Positions 26,536 through 39,870 are shown, numbered from the stretch's first letter. The stretch: 64,000 bases of DNA from Tubiluchus corallicola (GCA_030141605.1 JAQGDQ010000074.1:434001-498000); one strand, 5' to 3'. The notes: generated by a model not told the origin, from the sequence alone. Numbers and translations: made by a program.

Positions 26536-27859
26536 AAATTAGAGCACAATAGTTCTAATGCTTGTTGTTTGACGTCGAATAAATAGGCTGGTCATTTTAA
26601 TGCCTATTTTCGCAGTTTATAAAGTAAGATTAAGAACGTCTAGAAAGATCAGTTTTACATATAACAATATTGGCTAAACAATATGTTTCAATTATACTTT
26701 ATACAGTGTACAATATTATGTTAGTACTTGAAAATGTAAAAGTTACCATTCATGTGCAATCCGTCTATTTTTATTGCAGTTTATGGTTTTTTTTTTGTTG
26801 TTGTTGATGGCAAACTGTTTTTAATGTCGTTTTACTGAAAAGTGAAATCGGTAACCTTTATAGTACCTAAAATTAACCAGTTAAAATTTGTAAGGACAAT
26901 ATTGTTTGCTGTAATTATTTGTCTAAGTAGTTCTAAGTCTAATGGCATGTCTCATGTCTCTTATTAAAACATGCAGGCCTTATTTAGACTGAATAGTATT
27001 TTTATAACGATAAATAATGTCAACTAAACTGGAACCACGGTTCATGTTGCTAAGCTCATTAACTCAGTTCTATCAAACGCAAGAACAACTGATAATCTTT
27101 TTTCCATTTCTAGATGGGCGCACTTATTTTTGGGTTATTTGCTTGCGCAGTAACTCTATAAAAAGGCTTTTTCACCCTTTTGCTATTCTCGTTCTCATTG
27201 TTTTTCGGGTGATAAGTTTTTATCAGTTCTTAATATTGTGATGTCACAATAGAGTTGCTCTGTATTCCAATTTTTTACGGAAAAACGGATGACAACAGTA
27301 ATGGTGTTCTACATGACGTATCCAGGCAGTTGGACAAATAAAAACTCAATAAGCGAGTAACTCAGTGCTTCGTATTCCGGGCTTGTTCAGCCAAAATTGT
27401 TAAGCAGTTGCTTAGACCATAGCTGCTGATCACCGGACAAATGCATTAGTAATCAGGGTCATAGGTAGATTTGCCAGAAAATGTTGAATAAATCGTTCTT
27501 ATTTAATTTAAAGTAGCCCCTCGACTCATATTTTAGACTCTTTTAAATAACAAGAAGTCAATAGTTTATTTTCGAAATTGGGCTCTCGCGTTAGCAGCTT
27601 TTAGCATACATTATAGAAATGGCTTATGTTTAGCAGCAACACGATGAGCTTGTAGTACCTTCCATTGCGTCTTGAACTGCTTCTAGACCCGTCCGCCTCC
27701 AAAGCCGTTATAGTACGCTAAGACTGTGACTGCGCCTTGTTGCATGAAGGTATGATTGTAAGCGCACAAATCTAATTAATAATAGATCAATGTTAACCAC
27801 CTGTTTTGTCTACATGAGCAACTTAATTAACCAACGCTGATGATATACATGAACTCCAG

Positions 27860-28063
27860 ACGGCTCCATACGTCATGGAGAAAAACGATTCTACACGAGG
27901 GAATTCCAATGCAAAGTTTGAAGGCTTCTGCATCGACATGCTTGACGAAATAGCCGCCATGCTTGACTTCACGTATGAAATCCACAAAGTAAAAGATGGA
28001 AAGTACGGAGCTGAGAATAAAGACGGAACTTGGAACGGAATGGTTGGAGAATTAAGGAGAGGG
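27860..28063 (+). CDS. Module A exon 1, S1 (TAPYVM...FEGFCIDML...DGKYG...WNGMVGELRRG)
   Basis: ctccag acceptor with a weak pyrimidine tract, gtaaga donor. EGFCIDML and WNGMVGEL motifs. Confidence 0.92.
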
Positions 28064-28858
28064 GTAAGAATTAAACTGGACGAATTAGTGGCTAAATAAA
28101 GCACGGTTAGAGACAGAAGATGCATTTTATTGGCGTTGTTTTGTATTTTACCATAACATCAGTTTAGTGAAAGTGACGCAACGGTGAGACCCGTTGTTGA
28201 TTTTAACTTTTGCGTAACCCTGAAATTTTGTGCCCCACTCAACTATAAAAACACAAAGTCTAATGCATATGCTGCATTCAAAACGCTATACAAAGTATAG
28301 ATGTAATTGGGAACTGAGGCTCCTATGTAAGTAGACGCTTGACAGATAGCAGGCCTGAAAGCCTCATTTCAAGTACAGCCAGTCCCGACCGATCATTCCA
28401 TCTAATTTTGTGCCCCCTCCGCTTGTTGTGAATAGATTGTCACCAAACTCCTGTATCATTTTGATTGAATCGTATGCCGCCTATGATTACACCAGTAGAA
28501 ATGTTGCCGTTAAAGTTCAATAATTCTAGATGCCGAAATATAATTTGACAAAGAGCACGAAGCCAAAAATAAACATTGAATCCTATATTCGACCTAAATA
28601 TTTGGCAGTTAACTTGTTTGTTTGTTTTTGTGTATTATGTTTTAAATCATTATGCAAGAGTCTCAACACGTAATGGCAAAAAAGTTCATTATGATACAGT
28701 GCAAAATTTCTTCTGCATGCCTAGCTGAAACCGTGTTGGCGTATTAATTAAATTAATAATAAGCGTCATAGGAATATGATATTTTTTCTGTTTAAAGATC
28801 TTTGTATGAAGATCTCTAGAGAGTTGCTTGGTTTAAAATATTCTCCTTCTGTTTTCAG

Positions 28859-29419
28859 GAAGCCGACCTTGCCGTTGCTCCATTAACAATTAACTACAAG
28901 AGAGAAACAGTAATTGACTTTACAAAGCCCTACATGACCTTGGGAATAGGAATACTATTCCGAGTTCCAAAAAGCAGTCGACCAGGCCTGTTTTCATTTC
29001 TTAACCCACTGTCGGTGTACATTTGGGTGTATATTGCCACCGCCTATGCAGCTGTGAGCTTGTCGTTATTCGCATTAGCCAGATTCTCTCCCTATGAATG
29101 GTACAACAGTCATCCCTGTGAAGTAGACAGTACAGAGATTGAAAACCAGTTCACCCTGTCCAATAGTTTCTGGTTCACCATAGGCACTCTTATGCAACAA
29201 GGTTCTGATATCAACCCACGTGCAATATCTACGCGAATCATTGGTGGCATTTGGTGGTTCTTTACCCTGATTATCATCAGTTCTTACACTGCAAATCTGG
29301 CTGCTTTTCTCACAGTTGAGTTGATGGTTCAACCCATCAAAAACGCTGATGATTTGTCTGATCAGACAGAGATAGCATATGGTACGCTAGATGGAGGGTC
29401 AACTCAAACATTTTTCAAG
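28859..29419 (+). CDS. Module A exon 2, S1-M1-M2-M3-S2 start
   Basis: gttttcag acceptor, gtaagt donor. [27 protein letters not shown]; 561 nt. Confidence 0.96.
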
Positions 29420-30143
29420 GTAAGTATAGAAAGCCTGCAAAGCATAGTTACCTAAACAGTTGCGCCCAACCGCCCATCTATGGCAGGGATGTTGTCCTCG
29501 CCAGTTGAGATGAGTGTCCTTATATGCATTAGAATGAGTTATATTACTCCTAATGTAGTGCAATCTCTCTAATTAGCATTGAGTCGTATATTCCTCACCA
29601 AGTAGCATAAATATTGTCTTCATATGTCAAGCATGTCTTTTTATCAGTAATAGCTTTTGCGGTGGAGCGAGATGATAAGAGAGTCATTCAAAGCTGCTAT
29701 CTGAGCTAGCCTTAGCCTTGTGTATGCTTAGACTTAGACACAGTCTTGTAAATAATTGTTTTTTTCCAACTAATGTTGAAAAATCATATCTTTTTTTGCT
29801 CTTCACTTCAGCTCACCTTGCCATACATTACTATTCATGCATTATTCTACATGCATCTTACCTTGCCCTGTCTTGCTTATTTTGCCTCATCGTGCAAAAC
29901 CCTGACATGCCCATATCATCCTGTATGCTACTCTATCCTACTCCAGACTTCCTTTCAAAAATATACATTTAATGATGTAGAGACAATGTTTTATATCAGT
30001 TGCACACTGACCGTATGCATCGTTTGTGCGCAAAATCAATATCCTAATTATGTGCTGCTATAAATAAATAAATTAAGCAGCATACGATGAGAATTATTAT
30101 ATGTTAGATGAATAAATTAGCTCAGATACTTTTATTCTATTAG

Positions 30144-30366
30144 GACTCAAAGATCGACACCTACAGAAAAATGTGGCGTTTTATGGACAGCAAGCCTGAG
30201 GTATTCGTAAAAAGTAATGCAGAAGGGGTGCAGAAAGTGCTAAATGAGAACTATGCTTTTCTTATGGAGTCAACAACCATCCAATACGCTGTCCAACAAA
30301 ACTGCAACTTAACACAAGTTGGGGGCCTTCTAGATAATAAAGGATATGGAATCGGAACAAAAATTG
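30144..30366 (+). CDS. Module A exon 3, S2 ([11 protein letters not shown]...YAFLMEST...[12 protein letters not shown])
   Basis: ttctattag acceptor, gtttgt donor. Canonical S2 motifs. Confidence 0.95.
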
Positions 30367-30544
30367 GTTTGTTTCTATTTGGAAGTTAATAATTTAAAAA
30401 AAATTTGTGGTCACTATGATAGAATCAACCTATTGATTCCAAATAATTTTGTATTTTTTTACAACTGACATAGATTGTTGCTAAAATTATGCGTGTTTTA
30501 TTTACCTGATATACCTGTAGTGTTATGTAAATGGTGTTTTTCAG

Positions 30545-30656
30545 GCTCAAAATGGACTGAAAAAATATCATTAGCGTTGCTGGACTTACAGGAGAAAGGG
30601 CGCATACATATGTTATACACAAAATGGTGGAAACACCATGGAATGACTTGTAACAG
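30545..30656 (+). CDS. Module A exon 4, S2 end (GSKWTEKISLALLDLQEKG...KWW..C)
   Basis: tttttcag acceptor, gtaagt donor. LQE.G and KWW motifs. Confidence 0.94.
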
Positions 30657-31064
30657 GTAAGTTCTCTGTGTTCTAGAAATGTAAAAATACAGAGGATCTG
30701 GGTTCAGTTCTCAGTGGAAGCACATTTTTTCAAACTTTCAGGCTTCTTAATTAATTTTCGCTTGTGTGTAATACAACAGTAGCGACAGTTCATAACGTTA
30801 TATAAGATACTTGGTATTACTTGGTATACTCTGCAGCTTGGTGTTCATAACTGTGCAGTGAGACAGTAAAACAAATCAGTAGCAGAACCTGCACAACAGC
30901 TTGCCATACAACTATGGTAACAACTACTATTGTTATTGCCCGATGTTGCTCCCCCCCCTCTCCAGTTGTCCATGTGATCGACTCCCACACACACACGCGC
31001 AATTCGAACTCTTCCTATTTGGTTCGCTGTCAGGAGTGTAGTACGGGTAGTTCTTTTGCAGCAC

Positions 31065-31280
<216 letters not shown>

Positions 31281-31659
31281 CCCATTACCTGCAGGCGCTT
31301 TTACACTGGTATTCATGCATGTCTACATGTATTCATGTATGTCTGCATGCAGTGGCTTCATAGTTGATTGAACTATTACAATGTAAAAGTGATAGTGAAA
31401 AAGATGTGGTTTTTCGCAGTCGTTATAATACTAAAGCATCATTGCAAAGTACAAAAAACTGTTATAACAATTAAATATACAACCGTTCCGGCCTACCAGT
31501 GCTATAATATATTATAGCATAGGTGCTTTAATAATATAATTAAAAGGTCAATATAAGTGATTTAAGCCTGCTGGCTTTTACAAAAAATGAATAAATAAAC
31601 AGCTGCCTGTAGTCCCAAGTCAGCGGTTTTACTGCATGAGCACTAGATGGATTGTATGT

Positions 31660-31770
31660 CGTTTCGCCTGGGCACAATTCGCCAGTGCATCTTTCGCCAG
31701 TCTATTTTTTCGCCACTCTATCTTTTCGCCAGTCTATCTTTTCGCCGGTCTGTATTTTCACCAGCCTATC
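31660..31770. repeat. Short tandem repeat (tttcgccagtctat-like unit)
   Basis: About 6-7 degenerate copies of ttcgcca/ttcgccg at 15-17 nt spacing. Confidence 0.7.
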
Positions 31771-32877
31771 GTTTCACAGGGTACCGTGACTAACACTGAA
31801 GACTTAACTGACCTAGAAGTCACGACTGACCATTAGATATCGACATTGTTTCATTTAAACGCTTTATGAACAGAATATAAAATCCTACGGGGCGTGCCAT
31901 ATATCATTGGATTCGCAATGAAATGTAGAATCTGATACAATGCATCAATATTGCGAGTCGAGTTTCGTTCAGCCAGAAAAAAGGCAAAAAACTTCGAAAC
32001 TAATCAAAAAGTCTTAAAGTCGAGCCTTCAAAATTAGCAAAGACTATAGCGACATGCTAAAAAGGCAAAGTCCTTTAGACAAAAACTAAACACAACTTCT
32101 AAAAGAATATTTCTTTTGCTACCAGGACCTTCCGTTTTTTGAAAGTCGTTAGCCACGCCGTCCAGAAAGCGCCAAATAACACGTTAACGTGACGTTTTCG
32201 ATCTCATAACTTAAGCGTAATGACAAGTGGTGGCCCTGATTCTGGAGGCCCTTGACCCCTGCTATTCCATACCAAATTTTGTTAAATTTTTTAATTTAAT
32301 TTTTGAGTTATTAAAAAAATTGTACCTCGGAAATTAAGTATCGAAGCACGAAAATACCAGATTCTGAGTGCTTGCATTTTCAGTATGTTTAATCCTGCGA
32401 TGTTAATGGCTAGCCACCTAAACTAGGAATTAACATTTTAGGCTAGGAATTAATACGTTTCATTAACATTTTCCCTGGTTTTTAGATTAATCCCTAGTTT
32501 TTGTTAATCCATAGTCTTCTTAAGCATTGCAGCTAGTTCTAATGTCCGTACAGCGTTTGGTCATCTGTTAGGAGCGTGGATTTCAGGGTCTCGCCAGCGT
32601 TAGGGATATTATTTCCTAATTTTAAGAGCGTGAAAATGGGTCTGGGGAATTGTTTGCGGAAGAGGTGCTGAACGTGGGGGGAAGCCATGGTTTAGGGTAC
32701 TGATAGAGAATTGATTGGGCTATCACTAGACTGAACGAAGATAGTGGAAATTGATTCCTTTGGTAGTAATGACTCCTCAAAGCTATCCCTTTTTCCTATG
32801 CCTTAAAATGGGGGACAAGGTTTTGGCTTCCCTATACCTTATGTATGAGAGGAAATGGCCTTTACATAACAGAACTG

Positions 32878-33150
32878 GTACCAAGTTACATTAATTGATC
32901 ACATTTTCCGCTTGAAGTTTTGTAATTGCAAAGTAAGTTTGCTATTACAAAATAGGCGCTAAACTTCGGGTTATTACATTTTTCATCTTGTGAGTCATAC
33001 ATCGTGCATTGGTTGTTTTTATATACATTTTCCATAAATTTTAATACATTATCGGTTAGTTATTACATTATGTGTTGATTTTTATCACATTATGCGTTAA
33101 TTTTTTCTGTAGTAAAATATAAAGCATTTACTTACATTATCAGTTATAAT
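32878..33150. repeat. Dispersed repeat copy 2
   Basis: Same ordered motifs as 8900-9172, in the same orientation. Confidence 0.7.
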
Positions 33151-33311
33151 AACAATACTATGTAATTTCATCCGCATGTTTTAGTGGGTTTTCAGCGGAA
33201 ACTTAATACTCGAGTCATGTTTGGATATTCGAAACAACCACGTTCCTATGACCATAAAATAGCTGTTACGTGGCATTTAGTGTGGTGTTTTAGAATAACT
33301 TACCTTCACAG

Positions 33312-33465
33312 GGATACGGAGAAAAAGGAAAGCAAAGCTAATGAGCTTGGCGTTGAGCAAGTTGGTGGCATATTTGTGGTTCTTCTTGGAGGCCTGGCGG
33401 TTGCTATGGTGATGGCCATTGTTGAGTTCGTCTGGAGTACAAAAAAAAGTGCGCAAATTGAAGAG
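33312..33465 (+). CDS. Module A exon 5, M4 (ANELGVEQVGGIFVVLLGGL...VEF)
   Basis: ccttcacag acceptor, gtttgt donor. GGIF.VL.GG M4 motif. Confidence 0.94.
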
Positions 33466-34055
33466 GTTTGTTTAGATTAATTATAAAAACCCCAAACAGG
33501 ATTTAATTAATGTAAACAACAAGCTGGCTCTATCTCAAATATTAAGCTGTTCTAAAATTGTTTTAAATTTGATTTAAATTTGATTTTCTTTGTTTATTAA
33601 TTTAAACTTTGTTACATTTAATTTGCAAAAGTTATTTATTTGATCGCCATTTCAATTTCAAGTGCATGCTGATTTTGTTATTTTAATTTTGTTTGACAGG
33701 TCACCTGAATTTTCTTCAATTTCGGATGACTGACCTGGTGACCATCGGTTTTGCGCCACCCTGTCTCTTTTTTTCTGTTTATTATTTTATTTTTGTTTAT
33801 GTTCATTTGTAAATCCTAAGAGACAAATAAACATATACTTACTGGTTTACAGGACAGATATGAATTAAATAATAATGTATGTGTAGGGCTATAAAATCAC
33901 TGGAAGATGTTTTTCTTCTTATTCTATGTCTTCTAGCTAGAGATCGTTTTTACATAAAGCACACATGCAAAAAAATTATATCATTGTTCTCTTAAAAGCA
34001 CTGTGAACTTATATTTCTTTATATAGGTATTGTCACTACATTTATCTTTTTGTAG

Positions 34056-34325
34056 CAATCTCTCTGCACTGAAATGGCAGACGAATTTAAATTTGCCATC
34101 CGTTGTTGTGGAAGCCAACAGAGACCTGTTCTCAAACGCAAGTGTTCACGGTGCTCGCCAAGAAACACGTACGTTCCACGTCAATCCAGTGGAGATCATG
34201 GAATTTACATGGAGCCGATCGGATTGAATTTGTCAAGAATTCCAAACATTGCACCACACCATCAGAAGTTGTCACCGAGTCATCATAGCATGTACAATAA
34301 TTATGAATCCAATGTTGATGATTAG
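34056..34325 (+). CDS. Module A terminal exon, cytoplasmic tail ending ...YESNVDD*
   Basis: ctttttgtag acceptor. Homologous to the module B tail; TAG stop; AATAAA at 34586 and 34607 downstream. Confidence 0.9.
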   Translation, partial: QSLCTEMADEFKFAIRCCGSQQRPVLKRKCSRCSPRNTYVPRQSSGDHGIYMEPIGLNLSRIPNIAPHHQKLSPSHHSMYNNYESNVDD

Positions 34326-34585
34326 GGACTAGATGCTTAGTGTATTCGTAATTTTTTATTGTGACCTTTGCTGGCAGTTACGGAAGATTGTAGAAAAGGA
34401 TTTCATTTCAAATATGAAAAGGATATATACAGGTGTCATTTGCAAGTTAACTTCAGTGATTGTATATTACGGCAGTGCTTGTATAAGATACTGCTCTGCC
34501 TGGATATTAAATGTATTGTCCTCCACAAGTTTTGAATAATGCATATTGATATTATTATGACAAATATGGCTAACATGCATAATAC

Positions 34586-34612
34586 AATAAAAAAATTCTT
34601 AAGATTAATAAA
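34586..34612 (+). terminator. Candidate polyadenylation signals for module A
   Basis: Two AATAAA hexamers about 260-285 nt after the module A stop, followed by T-rich sequence. The AT-rich background lowers specificity. Confidence 0.4.
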
Positions 34613-35053
34613 TAATTTAGTTAACATCATTTGTGAAAGGATATTACAGCTTTAGTTTTTTGATTTTTAAGTTATTCGTATGAAAGAAAGAATTTATACA
34701 AATGTCAATTGGTCTTTTTGTAATTATTATAACTAGTGTCTTGTTTTTTTTTAATAACTAGAGCTAAATTGTTATGTTATTTTGTAATAATGGTGACCAA
34801 TTGTAACGGTCGACTGTTTTTAATTATTTTTTATCTTGTGAACAAGTACGAGGTATTCCCCTACAGGAAAACTGACATTGTAGATTACATTATATATTAA
34901 TGTTTAATCTTTAATGTTTGGTGCTCTAGTTACACTGTGCACACGATGAAGAAGTGAAATTATTTCAGAAGTTTTATCAAGATCGTCTAACATAATTTAC
35001 TTGCATTATTTACGCTAGGAAAATTATAACCCCAGTCGCCGAATCACTACTAT

Positions 35054-35155
35054 CTTCATCATTGTCGTAATCATCATCAACATCATCAGCAGCAGCATCA
35101 CCATCATCATTGTCGCCGTCATTATCGTCATCAGCTTCATCATCGCCATCATTAA
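35054..35155. repeat. Degenerate (CAT)n tract
   Basis: Direct reading. Confidence 0.75.
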
Positions 35156-37690
35156 CATTGCAAAGGTTTTCCACATTTTTTTCATGTAGCTGGCGTCCAA
35201 ACAGTGTATAGGCCCATGATTGCCAATTGTTGCAATATAACCGTCTTTCATTATTGTAAGGTTCCTCCTTTATAGACTGAAGGACAATCTACCTATGATA
35301 AGGTTGTGCAGGTACAATTGTGAATATTACATAGTATTGTTATTGTTGTTATTTACTACTATTTATGTACTAACTATTAATGCTTTAATACAATATGTAG
35401 GCTTGCTCAACTTGTATAAGTACATGTATATTTAAAAACGCTTTTAGTTAGAAAACCAAATTCTGGCAACAAGCGTCGTCACTCCTCGGTCAGTCAGTTG
35501 CACTTTTGCATTGGCATTAACGTTTCTATTTGTTATACGTGTCAATTTAGCATTAAATTTTATGTATAAATCAAACAAGCTTTATTTGATGAAGAGAATT
35601 TCGAGGTAAAAACTCATTATTATGCACATTGTGGTTGCGAAACGAAAAAGTTATATTGCAAAATAAGCAAAAGACAAGTTACTTGTGAATAAGTTTTTGG
35701 GGTACCAATGAACATGCAGACAAAACATATTTTTATGCAATAATACCCAAGCAGTATCACTAAATGGTAATAACATCAAGTAATATTAAGTTTTATTGTG
35801 TTATTTATTTATTTCAATATGCATCTCGAAACATCAGCTTAGTTTCTACAAGTTTTTGTTTCTACATTTCTTAAGGATGAAGCTTAAGTTCCTCGGCTGT
35901 TACTTTAACAGAAATTTGTTTTCGGTGCATTAAAATTAATTGCCTGCCTAATCTAAATGCTAAAAATGCAATTTAGTACCAAACTTGACCGCCTTAATAT
36001 ATAAAACTAAAATGTGTCTGCTACCGGCAGACTTTTTTCTTCCAAAAATATTGCTGAACGTTTTTAAGATTAAACATGTTATAGCACAAGAACAGTTCTA
36101 TCTTGTGAAATGAGCTATATTTATAATATAGCTTGTTCGATTTCTGGAAGACATGTGCTTTTTTCTTTTATAAACATATAAGTCAGCTCACATTAACTCA
36201 CAAGACAACAGAATCTGCAAGTGAATGATAACAGCCTCTTGTTATATGACGAACAGATTCCTTGTGCATTTTGTTCACTTTCTTTGTTCAAGAGAGTTTT
36301 TAAGCCAAATGGCACACTTTCACGTTTCTTATTTGCACTTTCAAGCCTTGTTTTACATGCTTTTTTTGGGACATCATGATTCGTTACTGACCGTTTTGTC
36401 CATGCATTTTCATTGTTCGAACCAGGAACAACAGGCAGAACGACACGTAATCACTACTGGGGATAACTTCACTCCCTTAGCTTGGAACTTTTATAGTATC
36501 TAAGTAAGGTGAAAAGAAGTACAACATCACTCAATGTATTCTATTTTGCAAATAACTCAAGCTTCGACCAAAACGTGATACATCATACATGGACTGAAAT
36601 ACTAAACTCCTTTGTTTCGCAGACTGCATTACCACTTTATGCCTATCATGTTCATTGGTTCTAACAACTTTCATAATTAAGTTAATTACAGCTTGGTTTT
36701 TTTAACATTTTCTGACAATCCCTCCTCTTTCTCAGCCTTATTTTTTGTTGTCAAAAAAGTACAGTTGTCGTCTTGACTAAATGTCTCCATAGTTCTGCAC
36801 CAAGAACTCTGATCCATTTTCAGGCTGATGATTGTGCTGACAGGCAAGATCGTCATGTCCAGGTGTGAGTCTCTCAACTTGCTTAGCAGCATGAAAGTTC
36901 GATGAAGCTAACTGAGGAGAATGTTGTTGCTTTTTCTCTTATATTTTTTACTAATTGCATGTTTGTTTTCAGGTTGCCCAGGTTCGTGCTGACCAGAATG
37001 CGCGAAGCACGTTGTTACCTATTTAAAATCTAATGAATATAAACCTTTTTATACACTTAAAATTAAAACTGGCACATGTCAATGTTCATGCTTCCTGGAA
37101 TCATGAGTCATTAAGTATCTGCTTTAGAGAGACACCACTAGTAAGGCTTTGCCTTTAAAGTTTATCTTGAAAGTTTACTATTGAAGCACCTGGCGGAGTG
37201 TTTCGTCAGAAGGGTGCAGAAAGCTGCTAATTACTTGGTGCTTTCTCTCTATCTCTCTCTCTCTCTATCAATGCTTAACGACTCAAAAGTTTTACCAGCA
37301 AGAATATGAGAGTGCATGCCTTTTTTTCCTTTCGCAGACACAGCATGCTTGCCAGTGGCACGTTAGCATTGCCATTTTAATACAATTTTGTACTTACACA
37401 TTTACTGCACTTTAGTTACGCTAAAATAATTATTAGTCGACTTTTTAAACGTAGTTTCGTGCTAAACTTTGCCAAAACGTAATGAGCTAACACGTAGTTT
37501 AGCAAACTGAACCTTTTATTTTGCTAAACTTTGCCTATACATATAAAAGCGGTTATGTTATAATCTCATGTGTCAAAGAATTTACAGTTAATACGATATT
37601 AAAGCTTTTAATGTAAATTTAAAATTCCCCTTTGGTGTAATTCGTTATTTTTGTGATTTTTCAAATACACGATTCTCGCTTAATTTTAAG

Positions 37691-37903
37691 GAAGAGCCAT
37701 ACGTTATGACGAAAACGAAATCTGACAGCGAACCTGAACCTAGAGGAAATGATAGATACGAAGGGTTTTGTATAGACATGCTAAACGAAATTGCGTCCAA
37801 GTTGGGTTTCCAGTACATACTAGAGCTGGTCCCAGATGGCGTGTATGGACTTGATCTTCCAAACGGAACCTGGACTGGGATGGTACGAGAACTTGTAGAA
37901 GGG
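37691..37903 (+). CDS. Module B exon 1, S1 (EEPYVM...GNDRYEGFCIDML...WTGMVRELVEG)
   Basis: aattttaag acceptor (phase 0), gtaaac donor. Homologous to 27860-28063. Confidence 0.92.
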
Positions 37904-38585
37904 GTAAACACATTTTTAAAGACATTTTGTATAAAATGTTCTTGCATGCTTTTGCAATAGTATGTAAGGGTTTACTTTATAGTTTTCGGAACAACCTGTT
38001 GATTGCATGCCTCTAACTGTTGTTATGTGAGCAGCATTGCTGATCATTCTAAAACGGGTCGCCACACATTACCTACTGATTGAAACCTATGAAATGATCT
38101 AAAATATCTGTAACTAGAAAAGAATAATACATTTTCTATCGTTATAAGTGCAATACAAAACTATTGAAGTTTTTGACTTGTTTGGACTAAACACTATTTA
38201 TCTGCTACGCAAAGATTGGTGTTATTTGGAGTACACGAATAGGAACACTAATACGTTTCACACGTACATAAGTCAATTGGAGATCATTGCATGACATAAT
38301 TTAACATGAGAGAACAGCTCTTACTCAGGTTTTTACTATCGTAGATTTTCAACTGCAAAGTATGAAATCGAAAGGAGCGAACAGTTAGTTTTGATATTAT
38401 GAGAAGTTCTGTTATTTATTGTGGCACAAATGTATGGCTGCTGAGCTGAGTGGGTTTGCAGGCATTACAACTGTACTGACGAGACCTTACTGTGTTTACG
38501 GACTTGCGCCAGTGATTTTCAAAGCCTAGTTTGTATCGCAAAGCCGCAGAAGTGAATGATTGAATAATTTCTGTTTATTTTTCAG

Positions 38586-39146
38586 AGGGCAGACTTGGCC
38601 GTTGCTCCGTTGACGATCAACTACAAACGCGAGAAGGTCATCGATTTCACAAAGCCATTCATGACTCTCGGCATCAGCATTTTATTCCGCGTTCCAGAAG
38701 GAAGTCGCCCGGGCTTATTCTCGTTTATGAATCCTCTCTCTGTATATATCTGGATATATGTTCTAGCTGCGTATGTCATAGTGAGCTTATTTTTGTTTGT
38801 TCTCGCGAGATTCTCACCATACGAATGGTACAATATGCACCCTTGTGACTCTCAGGATGGCATGGTGGAGAACCAGTTTACGCTTATTAACAGCTTTTGG
38901 TTCACCATCGGCACGCTGATGCAACAAGGTTCAGATATCAATCCGCGTGCTGTTTCCACAAGAATAGTGGGCGGTATTTGGTGGTTCTTTACCCTGATCA
39001 TCATCAGTTCTTATACAGCGAACTTAGCTGCATTCTTAACAGTAGAACGTATGGTGTCACCTATCGAAAATGCAGAGGACTTATCTTCGCAGACTGAGAT
39101 ATCATACGGAACCTTGTCAGGCGGATCTACGATGACATTTTTCAAG
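38586..39146 (+). CDS. Module B exon 2, S1-M1-M2-M3-S2 start
   Basis: tttttcag acceptor. 561 nt, ending at TFFK exactly like module A, but followed by a non-canonical gcacgt (GC) donor. Confidence 0.92.
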
Positions 39147-39395
39147 GCACGTACAAATGACTTATGTTATGAATTTAAATGATAAAAAATAAACATAAAT
39201 TTGATAAATGCTAAAAACAGAAGGTGCTATACGACCTACCAATTGCCAGAATATAGGTATCTCATTTTTAAATTTCTACTAGTATGATACTGTTTGTTCT
39301 GAGAGCAAGTACTTAGGTTTGTTTATGCCGCAATTGGAAATTTTAACATATTTTTCTTTTTGCATCTGCTTTATCCCTTCCTCTTTCCCTTCGCG

Positions 39396-39400
<5 letters not shown>

Positions 39401-39463
<63 letters not shown>

Positions 39464-39500
39464 ATGTGTGCGTGCGTGCGTGCGCGTGCGCGTGCGTGTG
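39401..39500. repeat. Compound microsatellite (CT)n(GT)n(GCGT)n
   Basis: Direct reading. Confidence 0.95.
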
Positions 39501-39870
39501 TCCGTTTTTATGAGCTTATTTCTAGTACCTGTACAGTTTACGAGCTTTCTTCTCCTGAGGTGAATAATTCATAACTAACAAACAAGACAGATGCACTTTG
39601 GGATTATGATTTGCTGCTGTTTTACTGCTCTGTGGGAAAAATATTAAGCCGTTGTAGCTGGAATATAAAACAAGTATTTTAGCTTAGTTTAGGTTTTTAC
39701 GTTTTACCTAATGCCTTACAAAGACGTAACTTAAATTATACAAATAATACAAAAAAAGGAATACAAGCAGTGATCAACAAAGTAACAAGATATTGCTTTC
39801 AACCGGTTACTCAACTGGTAATAAAAGCAGCATGTACTCGTAAATAAGACGGTTTTTTTTTAAATTATAG

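Noticed and set aside
27823-28125. Antisense ORFs over iGluR exons (also 29075-29332, 37645-37947, 38621-38833, 41451-41741, 45699-46025, 46414-46791, 47826-48113)
   Set aside because: Shadow frames of real exons on the opposite strand.
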